DNA of 64,000 bases from an uncultured Victivallis sp. (GTDB taxonomy: Bacteria; Verrucomicrobiota; Lentisphaeria; Victivallales; Victivallaceae). Numbering within the stretch: position 1 is the first letter of the stretch; every line of letters begins with the position of its first letter. The stretch lies in the NCBI RefSeq assembly GCF_944391105.1, contig NZ_CALXSK010000012.1:11414-75413 (forward strand), read 5' to 3'. The notes beneath the pieces were generated by a model that was not told the DNA's origin, searched no databases, and was given only the letters and a program-made list of their open reading frames with translations. Below, piece after piece: positions 39,595 through 47,915 of this stretch. Made by a program: the position numbers and the translations under genes.

Positions 39595-40080
39595 TTACAC
39601 GTTCTCGTGCGCAATATTGCTCTTGCCGGAGATGGTTTCGGCAACGAGCCGCAGGATCGCGGTACGCTCAAGCATCGGCTCGGGGTAATCGAATGAGCCG
39701 GGGGCGCCGCAGTGATTCATCAGGCAGTCGAGCGCGCGTCTCTTCGCTTCCGGCGCGGTGACGAATTCGATCCGCCCGGTCGCGATCACGCTCTCATAGC
39801 GGCAGGTCGAGCGGCAGACGGGAGTCCCGAGCTCGATCCGGTTGTCACCGACGGCGCAGAGCGAAACCCGCGAATCCTCGCGCAGACAGTCGATCTTGTG
39901 CCCCTCGACCGCCGAGTGGAAGTAGAAGACAAAACGCCCGCCCTCCTGCCGGAATCCGAATGAAACCGGCACCAGGGCAGGCATTCCGCCGTCGAGAAAC
40001 GCGAGTACAGCATAGTCCGCCCGGCCGAGAATCCCGGCCAGAGCAGCCGCATCCGTGATCTCCCGTTCCGCGCGACGCAT
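39595..40080 (-). CDS. Pyridoxamine 5'-phosphate oxidase-like FMN-binding protein (NimA/DUF-type)
   Basis: MRRAEREITD, P.LVPVSFG, YFHSA.EGHKID and YESVIATGRIEFV. Confidence 0.85.
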   Translation of the reverse strand: MRRAEREITDAAALAGILGRADYAVLAFLDGGMPALVPVSFGFRQEGGRFVFYFHSAVEGHKIDCLREDSRVSLCAVGDNRIELGTPVCRSTCRYESVIATGRIEFVTAPEAKRRALDCLMNHCGAPGSFDYPEPMLERTAILRLVAETISGKSNIAHENV

Positions 40081-40081
40081 G

Positions 40082-41245
40082 TCAGAAGGAGTTCCCCATG
40101 TCGACGATGGCGGCCTTGACCTCACGTTTCTTGTACTTCGAATTCTTGATGAGCTCATGCAGCATCGCATCGAATTTTTCGGTATCCATCGGAATGGAAA
40201 CTTCCTCGCCCTTGAGCCCGGAATAGAGCATCGCGTTGCCGAATTCAACCGAGCGGATCCCCTCTTCGCCGCGGGCGACGAGTTCCGCTTTCGGATCGAG
40301 CACCGCTTTCACGAACGCCTCGATCACATCCTGGTGTTCGTGACCGGTGTCCTTGCGGGTCGGAACAACAATTTCCCACGTATCCATGCTCGGGAACGAC
40401 TCCGGGGTCGTGCGGCAGAACTCGTTCACATCGACCTCGGTCCGCTTGAAACGGATCACGCCGTCCTCAAACACCATGCGACCGCGCGTACCGGAGATCT
40501 CCAGACGGTTGGTACCGGGGAATTCACCGGTCGAGGTGATGAAGTTGCCCGTCGAGCCGTCGGCAAATTCGCAATAGGTGTTCACGTCGTCCTCGACTTC
40601 GATGTCGTGATACTTGCCGATCGAAATCGAGCTGCGAACTTTGACCGGCAAACCGAAGAACCACTGGAAAAGATCAAGGTGATGCGGGCACTGATTCAGC
40701 AACACGCCGCCGCCCTCCCCGGCCCAGGTTGCCCGCCAGGAACCACTGTCATAGTAACTCTGCGAACGAAACCAGTCCGTCACCGTCCAGTTCACGCGCA
40801 CGATCTTGCCGAATTCACCGTTGTCGATCATCTGTTTGATCTTCTTGTGCGCCTGCCGCGTACGCTGGTTGAACATCAGCGCAAACCGCAGTTCAGGGTG
40901 TTCCGCATGAGCATCGATCATCTTCTGCGCGAGGCTCTTGGTCACGGCAACCGGCTTCTCGCAAAGGACATGCACGCCCTTCTCGAACGCCTGAATCGCA
41001 ATCGGCGTATGGTCATAGTGCGGCACCGAAATGATGACCGCGTCAACCGTGCCGGAATTCAGCAGATCATCCACGGAATAAAACACCCGGCAATCCTTCG
41101 GCGCATTCTTCGCCATTCTGTCGGCACGCTCCTTGTCGCGGTCGCAGATGGCGGCCAGCACCGCCTCCGGAACATTCTGTACGTTCGTGATGTGCGCCGA
41201 ACCCATATTGCCGACGCCGATGATGCCGATCCTGACCTTTTCCAT
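40082..41245 (-). CDS. Gfo/Idh/MocA family oxidoreductase
   Basis: IGIIGVGNMG, HVLCEKPVA, GEGGGVLLNQCPHHLD. Confidence 0.92.
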   Translation of the reverse strand: MEKVRIGIIGVGNMGSAHITNVQNVPEAVLAAICDRDKERADRMAKNAPKDCRVFYSVDDLLNSGTVDAVIISVPHYDHTPIAIQAFEKGVHVLCEKPVAVTKSLAQKMIDAHAEHPELRFALMFNQRTRQAHKKIKQMIDNGEFGKIVRVNWTVTDWFRSQSYYDSGSWRATWAGEGGGVLLNQCPHHLDLFQWFFGLPVKVRSSISIGKYHDIEVEDDVNTYCEFADGSTGNFITSTGEFPGTNRLEISGTRGRMVFEDGVIRFKRTEVDVNEFCRTTPESFPSMDTWEIVVPTRKDTGHEHQDVIEAFVKAVLDPKAELVARGEEGIRSVEFGNAMLYSGLKGEEVSIPMDTEKFDAMLHELIKNSKYKKREVKAAIVDMGNSF

Positions 41246-41391
41246 AGTTGACGCGCCTCCGCTACTTTGTTAATCGGGTTAACTTATTATAAAATACCAC
41301 CCTTTCAGCCGGATTGCAAGGTTTGAAATTCGATTTTTTTGTTTCCTGTGCTATATTAATCGGAATATCAACCAAGAAAAGGAATGTTCCC

Positions 41392-42372
41392 GTGCTGAAC
41401 TCGATCATAGAAAATGCTTACAAAGTGCTGGACGGCGGAATTCTCACCCGCGAAGAGGCGCTCGAAATCGCCGAAAAGATCAATGGCGAAGATATTCTCG
41501 ACCTGATTTCGCTGGCGAACAAGGTACGCCGGAAGTTCGCGCGCGAGATCGCTCCGTGTTCGATTCTGAACGCCAAATCCGGAGTCTGTTCGCAGAACTG
41601 CCGATTCTGCGCGCAGAGCGGACACCACAACACCGGAATTGAAACCTACGATCTGCTTCCGGCGGAACAGGTGCTTGAGGCCGCGCGCCGCGCGTATGAA
41701 AACGGTGTGCGCGCATTCGGATACGTCACAAGCGGTTTCGGCTACAAAACACCGACCCCGGAATTTCAGAAGATCCTCGATACGCTCGATCTGCTGCATC
41801 GGGAGCTGCCGGATCTGAAGATCTGCGTATCGATCGGCATCCTCTCGCGCGAAACCGCAAAACTGCTCGCCGAACACCATGCTTGGAGATACAACATGAA
41901 TCTCCAGACCAGCCCGAAACGCTATGCGGAACTGATCTCCGACACCCACACGATCGAAGAGAAAATCGCGACGATCCGTTACCTTCAGGAGTTTGGCGTG
42001 ACCAACTGCACCGGAGGAATTCTCGGACTCGGGGAAACCTGGGAGGACCGCATCGACATGGCGTTTGCGATCCGCGACCTCGACGTCGAGGGAACGCCTT
42101 TGAACGTGCTTCTGCCGATCAAGGGAACGCCGCTCGAGGGGCGCGAAATCATGGCTCCGGCTGATGTGGCGAAAGCGTTTGCGATTTTCCGTCTCGTGAA
42201 TCCGACCAAGATGATCAAATTCGCTGCCGGACGCGAAACGGTCATGAAGGATTTCCAGGGACTTCTGATGCTCTCCGGACTCAACAGCATGATCACCGGC
42301 GGCTACCTCACAACCCGCGGCCGCAGCGTCGAGGATGATGTGAAATTCATCGAACAGCTGAACCGGTTCTGA
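41392..42372 (+). CDS. bioB: Biotin synthase (type II-like sequence)
   Basis: Radical SAM motif CSQNCRFC, NAKSG, CTGGILGLGE and AAGRE; GTG start inferred from the AAGGAA RBS. Confidence 0.92.
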   Translation: MLNSIIENAYKVLDGGILTREEALEIAEKINGEDILDLISLANKVRRKFAREIAPCSILNAKSGVCSQNCRFCAQSGHHNTGIETYDLLPAEQVLEAARRAYENGVRAFGYVTSGFGYKTPTPEFQKILDTLDLLHRELPDLKICVSIGILSRETAKLLAEHHAWRYNMNLQTSPKRYAELISDTHTIEEKIATIRYLQEFGVTNCTGGILGLGETWEDRIDMAFAIRDLDVEGTPLNVLLPIKGTPLEGREIMAPADVAKAFAIFRLVNPTKMIKFAAGRETVMKDFQGLLMLSGLNSMITGGYLTTRGRSVEDDVKFIEQLNRF

Positions 42373-42378
42373 GGAGGA

Positions 42379-43539
42379 ATGAAGATGGGATTCCGGGAAG
42401 AACTCGCCGCCGACGCGGCGGAACTTGAGGCCGGCGGCCGACTGCGACTGCTGCGGGAAATCACGCCGGAAGGAGACGGTCTCTGCCGGTGCAACGGCAG
42501 AACGTTCTGGAATTTTTCGAGCAACGACTACATGGGCATCGCGGCGGATGCGAAGCTGAGGAGAAGATTCTATGCGGAGTATCCGGACACGGCCACGCCG
42601 GAGCTTGCGCTTTCGAGCGCCTCCAGCCGGCTGCTGACGGGGAACACACCAGCCTATACGCGGCTCGAAGCGAAACTCTCGGAGCTCTACGGAAACCGTG
42701 CCGCGCTCGTGTTCAACAGCGGCTACCATGCGAACATCGGGATATTGCCCGCACTCTCGTCGAACCGCGACCTGATTCTCTCGGACAAGCTCAATCACGC
42801 AAGCATCATCGACGGGATGCGTCTTGCGGAGGCGGAATTCCGCCGCTATCCCCATCTCGACTGCGACCGTCTGGAAGCGATTCTCAGGCAGAAACGGGCG
42901 GCTTACCGGAGAGTTTTCCTCGTGACCGAATCGGTCTTCAGCATGGATGGAGACGCGGCCGACCTGCGCCGGCTCGTCGAACTGAAGAAACAGTACGACT
43001 GCATCCTCGTGGTGGACGAAGCCCATTCGGTCGGTGTGCGTGGTCCGAAAGGAACCGGGCTTGCGGCCGAACTAGGGATCGCGAATGACGTCGATGTGCT
43101 TATCGGCACCTTCGGCAAGGCGTTCGGTTCGACCGGGGCTTATGCGATTATGGAGTCGGAGACGCGGAACTATCTGATCAATCACATGCGGCCGCTCATC
43201 TTCACGACCGGGCTGCCGCCGGCGGTGCTGAACTGGAGCTGTTTCGTGCTCGACCGCTGTGCGGAAATGGATGAAGAACGTGCGAGATTGCGCCGCATGG
43301 GGGAAGTGTTGCGCACAGCCTTCGGGAAGAACACGGTCGCGGGCGATTCGCAGATCGTCCCATTTCTGATCGGAGGAGATCAGGAGGCGGTCGACAAGGC
43401 GGCCTACTTCCAGGAGAACGGGATTCTCGTCTTTGCGATCCGCCCGCCGACGGTTCCCCCGAACGGAGCGCGGCTGCGTTTTTCGCTCTCGGCAGGATTG
43501 CCGGAAGAGGCGGTGGAACAACTCCGGAGGCTGGTTTGA
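42379..43539 (+). CDS. bioF: 8-amino-7-oxononanoate synthase
   Basis: NFSSNDYMG, FNSGYHAN, DKLNHASIIDG, ESVFSMDGD, DEAHS and GTFGKAFG. Confidence 0.95.
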   Translation: MKMGFREELAADAAELEAGGRLRLLREITPEGDGLCRCNGRTFWNFSSNDYMGIAADAKLRRRFYAEYPDTATPELALSSASSRLLTGNTPAYTRLEAKLSELYGNRAALVFNSGYHANIGILPALSSNRDLILSDKLNHASIIDGMRLAEAEFRRYPHLDCDRLEAILRQKRAAYRRVFLVTESVFSMDGDAADLRRLVELKKQYDCILVVDEAHSVGVRGPKGTGLAAELGIANDVDVLIGTFGKAFGSTGAYAIMESETRNYLINHMRPLIFTTGLPPAVLNWSCFVLDRCAEMDEERARLRRMGEVLRTAFGKNTVAGDSQIVPFLIGGDQEAVDKAAYFQENGILVFAIRPPTVPPNGARLRFSLSAGLPEEAVEQLRRLV

Positions 43540-44192
43540 AAATCGAACTGCTCCACCGCGCCGGAAACGGAACCAGACTCCTGCTCTTCTTCAACGGCTG
43601 GAGCATGGACGGCACACTCTTCAAAGACTGGAAGAAACCGGACTTCGACATCATGGCCGTCTGCGACTACACCACGCTTGAACCATTACCGGAACTCTCT
43701 CATTACAAAGAACTTCATCTCGCGGCATGGTCGCTCGGGGTGCGGGTCGCGGCGGAACTGCTCGAAGGTCTTCCATACCACTTCATAACGGCAACCGCTT
43801 TCAACGGCACACTGCGCCCGATCGACGCAGAGTTCGGAATCGACCCGGCGGTGTTCTCCGGAACAGCGGCCAACTGGGGGGATGAACGTGCACGCGCCCG
43901 CTTCTACCGGCGGCTCGCCGGCAGTACGGAGTTCCGTCTGCCGGAGCGTACGCCGGAGTCGCAGCAGGCGGAACTCATTTCCCTGCAAAAACATATCGAA
44001 TCTGCCAAGGTTCCGTGCAATCCATTCCGGCGGGCGTGGATCGGAGGACGGGACCGGATCATTCCGGCGGCGGCGCAACGGAAGTTCTGGGCGGAAGAGT
44101 CCGTCTCCGTGCGGGAAGAGGCAGACGCACCGCACTACCCCTTCGGGGCCGTTCACTCTTTCGAGGAGATCATCGATGTCGGACGTGATTGA
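43536..44192 (+). CDS. DUF452 / BioG-like pimeloyl-ACP methyl ester esterase
   Basis: LLLFFNGW, AWSLGV and AFNGTLRPIDAEFGI motifs; position between bioF and bioC; TTG start overlapping the bioF stop. Confidence 0.8.
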   Translation: MKIELLHRAGNGTRLLLFFNGWSMDGTLFKDWKKPDFDIMAVCDYTTLEPLPELSHYKELHLAAWSLGVRVAAELLEGLPYHFITATAFNGTLRPIDAEFGIDPAVFSGTAANWGDERARARFYRRLAGSTEFRLPERTPESQQAELISLQKHIESAKVPCNPFRRAWIGGRDRIIPAAAQRKFWAEESVSVREEADAPHYPFGAVHSFEEIIDVGRD

Positions 44193-44946
44193 CAAGAACG
44201 CGGTCCGGCAACGTTTCCGGCGGAGCCTCGAAACCTACAGCCGTTCTGCGACAATCCAGCGCGACATGGCCGAAACACTGCTCGACCTCCTTACTTCGGC
44301 CACACTCGAACGGCAGTTCGAAACCATCACGGAACTTGGATGCGGAGCGGGAATTCTGACTGGCCGCATCGTGGAACGGTTCGATTTTGCGAACCTCACG
44401 CTCATCGACCTTGTGCCGGAGTGTGAAGCGTTCTATCGCGGTCTGACCGGAGCGCATTTTCTCTGCGGGGACATCGAAGAGATCGAGCTGCCGGAGTCGG
44501 ATCTCTTTCTCTCGAACGCTGTTTTTCAGTGGCTCAACGATCCGGCAACATTTTTCGGGCGGCTTGCAATGAAGTTGCGCAAGGGCGGTTTTCTCGCCTT
44601 CACGACCTTCGGCCCGGAGACGCTGCGCGAAATCTCAGCATTGACTGGAAACGGATTGACGTATCAGACCGTGAAAGAACTGGTCAACATTCTGGAATCG
44701 AACGGCTTCGAAGTTCTCGCATCCCGGGAGGAACTCATCACGCAGGAGTTCGATTCACCGCTGGCGGCACTGCGCAGTTTGAAGGAAACCGGCGTAACCG
44801 CCGTTGCGCCGGCCCGGCCATGGAGCCGGCGCCGCCTTGCGGAATTCAGTGACGCCTATACCGGCCGCTTCCGCCTTCCGAACGGAAACGTGCCGCTGAC
44901 CTATCATCCGATCGCCCTTGTGGCGGGAAAGAAGCTGACAAAATGA
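44176..44946 (+). CDS. bioC: Malonyl-ACP O-methyltransferase
   Basis: VRQRFRRSLETY, ELGCGAG, SNAVFQW, FTTFGPETLRE, LTYHP. Confidence 0.9.
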   Translation: MSDVIDKNAVRQRFRRSLETYSRSATIQRDMAETLLDLLTSATLERQFETITELGCGAGILTGRIVERFDFANLTLIDLVPECEAFYRGLTGAHFLCGDIEEIELPESDLFLSNAVFQWLNDPATFFGRLAMKLRKGGFLAFTTFGPETLREISALTGNGLTYQTVKELVNILESNGFEVLASREELITQEFDSPLAALRSLKETGVTAVAPARPWSRRRLAEFSDAYTGRFRLPNGNVPLTYHPIALVAGKKLTK

Positions 44947-45632
44947 GCGTATATTTCATTTCAGGAATCGACACCGACATCGGCAAAAGCGTCGCTGTCG
45001 GCATGATGGCGCGCGACCTCCATTTGCGCGGGAAGCGGGTCATTACCATGAAACTTGTGCAGACCGGCAACGACGGTTTTTCCGAGGATCTCGACAAGCA
45101 CCGCGCGATGATGAACGTCCCCCGGTTTCCGGAGGACGAGGCGGGGCTGACCGCGCCGCAGATCTTCCGCTTCCCCTCTTCGCCCCATCTCGCGGCGAAA
45201 CTCGAAGGACGCGAACTTGATCTCGACGCGATCCGCCGCGCCGTCGCGGAGGTGTCGAATCACTATGAGTTCGTGCTGCTGGAAGGAGCCGGGGGACTCG
45301 CGGTTCCGTTGACCGAGGATCTTTTGACCATCGACTTCGCGGCGGAACTCGGATGCCCGCTGATTCTCGTGACCTCGGGGAGGCTCGGAAGCCTGAACCA
45401 TACGATCCTCTCGATCGAGGCGGCGGCGAACCGCGACATGCGCATCGCCGGAGTCGTCTACAACCGCTATCCGAAAGCTGATCCGATCATCGATGAAGAT
45501 TCTCCGCGCATGATCCGCAAATACTTGAAACGGAACGGAATGCCGGAAACTCTCGTCGATCTGCCCGAAGTGCGCGAACCGCTGCCCCGGGTTGATTTCT
45601 CCGCGATCTTCACCCCGGAGGCGTCGAAATGA
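44943..45632 (+). CDS. bioD: Dethiobiotin synthase
   Basis: FISGIDTDIGKS, KLVQTG, PSSPHLAA, LEGAGGLAVPL, LGSLNHT. Confidence 0.95.
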   Translation: MSVYFISGIDTDIGKSVAVGMMARDLHLRGKRVITMKLVQTGNDGFSEDLDKHRAMMNVPRFPEDEAGLTAPQIFRFPSSPHLAAKLEGRELDLDAIRRAVAEVSNHYEFVLLEGAGGLAVPLTEDLLTIDFAAELGCPLILVTSGRLGSLNHTILSIEAAANRDMRIAGVVYNRYPKADPIIDEDSPRMIRKYLKRNGMPETLVDLPEVREPLPRVDFSAIFTPEASK

Positions 45633-46897
45633 ACCGCGAAGAACTGCTTGCCGTCGATCGCAATCACCTCTGGCACCCCTATGCGTCGATTTCCGCTCCG
45701 CCGCCGGTGAATCTCGCGGTTGCGGCGAAGGGAACGCACATCCGGCTCGACGACGGGCTGGAACTCATCGACGGAATCTCAAGCTGGTGGTGCATGGCGC
45801 ACGGCCACAACCATCCGGCCATCGTCGCGGCGATCCGCGCACAGGCCGAAAAGTTCGCGCAGGTCATGTTCGCGGGTTTCACGCACGAACCGGCCATCGA
45901 ACTTGCCTCCGAGCTCGTCAAACACACCCCGGCGGGCGTGAACAAGATTTTCTTCGCCGACTCCGGTTCCGTCGCGGTCGAATGCGCCGCCAAGATGGCT
46001 GTGCAGTACCAGTTCGCGGCGGGACGTCCGCGACGCTGCCGGCTCGCGGCGCTGCGCGGCGGATACCACGGCGACACCGCCGGAGCGATGGCGCTCTGCG
46101 ACCCGGAGGGGATGCACCAGGTGTTTCACGGTTATCTGCAGCAGAATTTCTTCCTGCCGAAACCACGCATTCCATTCGACGGTGCGTGGGATGAGTCGGA
46201 GTTCAAGCCGATGGAGGAGCTGCTTGACCGCCACGGCGACGAGATCGCGGCGGTCTTCATCGAACCGGTCTTTCAGGGCGGAAACGCGATGTGGTTCTAC
46301 CACCCGATGTATATGAAGAAACTGCGCGAAGCGTGCAGCGAACGCGGAATTTTGCTCGTGATCGACGAAATTGCAACCGGATTTGGACGAATCGGCCGTT
46401 ACTTCGCGTGCGAGTACGCAGGAGTCACGCCGGACATCATGTGCGTCGGGAAAGGGTTGACCGGCGGCTCGATCACGCTCGCGGCGGCGATCGCCTCCGA
46501 AGAGGTTGCCGAAACCATCTGCGCGACACCGCCCGGCAAATTCATGCATGGACCGACCTTCATGGCCAATCCGATCGCCTGCGCGGCGGGCGTCGCCTCG
46601 CTGCGGCTCTTCGATTCGTATGACTGGAAAGCGAAGGTCGACGCGATCGAGTCACAGCTCAAGCGTGAACTCGCCCCGTACGGGGAACACCCGAACGTCA
46701 CGGACGTGCGCGTGCTCGGCGCAATCGGAGTCGTTGAACTCAAGACGCCCCCCTCCCCCGAACGGGTCCAGAAACTCGTGCGCGAAACCGGCGTCTGGCT
46801 GCGGCCGTTCGGACCGTGGCTCTATACGATGCCGCCCTTCGTCACGCCGCCGGAGGAGATCTCCATCATCGTCGACGCGATGGGGAAGATGCTTTAA
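45629..46897 (+). CDS. bioA: Adenosylmethionine-8-amino-7-oxononanoate aminotransferase
   Basis: HLWHPY, DGISSWW, DSGSVAVE, GYHGDT, DEIATGFGR, GKGLTGG and HGPTFMANP. Confidence 0.96.
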   Translation: MNREELLAVDRNHLWHPYASISAPPPVNLAVAAKGTHIRLDDGLELIDGISSWWCMAHGHNHPAIVAAIRAQAEKFAQVMFAGFTHEPAIELASELVKHTPAGVNKIFFADSGSVAVECAAKMAVQYQFAAGRPRRCRLAALRGGYHGDTAGAMALCDPEGMHQVFHGYLQQNFFLPKPRIPFDGAWDESEFKPMEELLDRHGDEIAAVFIEPVFQGGNAMWFYHPMYMKKLREACSERGILLVIDEIATGFGRIGRYFACEYAGVTPDIMCVGKGLTGGSITLAAAIASEEVAETICATPPGKFMHGPTFMANPIACAAGVASLRLFDSYDWKAKVDAIESQLKRELAPYGEHPNVTDVRVLGAIGVVELKTPPSPERVQKLVRETGVWLRPFGPWLYTMPPFVTPPEEISIIVDAMGKML

Positions 46898-46900
46898 CAA

Positions 46901-47905
46901 TCAGGGGAGCAGAAACTTCAGCGCTTTCCCGTCCAGCGTCGGACGGCGATGGGAAAGCGTTTCGAGCCGGAAGCGCGGCAGAATCGCGTCGACACTCAAC
47001 TCCTCGCCGAACTCGGCCCAGCCGCCCCAGAAGGCGAGGAGTCCGAGAATCCGCTCCGGCGGCACTCCGGCCGAGAAGAGCGCGTCGAGCGTAAGCCCGC
47101 CGGTCCGTTTCGCAAGCCGCTTTCCGTCGGAATCGACCACGACCGGCAGATGACAGTACTCCGGCAGCGGCCGCTCCGGCGCGAGCGCTTTCCACAGCAG
47201 GATCTGCCACGGCGTGCAGGCGAGCAGATCTCCGCCGCGCACGATCTGCGTCACCTCCATGTCGATGTCATCCGCCACGACCGCAAGCTGGTAGCCGATG
47301 CCGTCCGGATGGCGCGCGACCGGGAAGTCTCCATAGGTCTCCGCGAGATTCACGCGCTGTTCACCACAGAGCCGGTCCCGGAACACGATTTCCCCCTCCG
47401 GAACCCGGAACCTCCACGCGGGGAGCCGCCCGCTCCCCTCAAGCACCCGCCTCGCCTCATCATAAGAGCGGAAGCGTCCGCGGCAGCGACCGTCATAGGG
47501 ATGGAAATCCCCCGCATGCGGCGCCGCCCCCATGCGCTGCACGTCGCGTCGGGAACAGACGCACGGATAGACGAGCTTCTGTTCGAGCAGCCGGTCGAGT
47601 GAAATGCGGTACAGCGCACTGCGCCCGCTCTGGCGGTAAGGTTCGTGCGGGCCGCCGACACCGTACCCCTCGTCCCAGTCGAGGCCGAGGCGGCGCAGAT
47701 CGCGGCAGTTGCCGTCGATCACGGCGGGATCCCGCCCGTGTCCCTCGATATCCTCGATCCGCATGAGAATCCGCCCGCCCCGGCTGCGCACGCAGAGCCA
47801 CGCGACCAGAAACGTCATCGCGTTTCCAAGATGCAGCGGCCCGGTCGGACTGGGTGCAAACCGTCCGAGGAGGCGGCGTTGAACAGGATTCGTTTTCATA
47901 TCCAT
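46901..47905 (-). CDS. gluQ: Glutamyl-Q tRNA(Asp) synthetase
   Basis: GRFAPSPTGPLHLGN, YPCVCSR, YQLAVVADD, VRGGDL and RLAKR; short length with no anticodon-binding domain. Confidence 0.88.
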   Translation of the reverse strand: MDMKTNPVQRRLLGRFAPSPTGPLHLGNAMTFLVAWLCVRSRGGRILMRIEDIEGHGRDPAVIDGNCRDLRRLGLDWDEGYGVGGPHEPYRQSGRSALYRISLDRLLEQKLVYPCVCSRRDVQRMGAAPHAGDFHPYDGRCRGRFRSYDEARRVLEGSGRLPAWRFRVPEGEIVFRDRLCGEQRVNLAETYGDFPVARHPDGIGYQLAVVADDIDMEVTQIVRGGDLLACTPWQILLWKALAPERPLPEYCHLPVVVDSDGKRLAKRTGGLTLDALFSAGVPPERILGLLAFWGGWAEFGEELSVDAILPRFRLETLSHRRPTLDGKALKFLLP

Positions 47906-47915
47906 CAGGGCATCC

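Noticed and set aside
41246-41391. BirA operator upstream of bioB
   Set aside because: tgttaatc/ggttaac half-sites are adjacent, not about 15 bp apart
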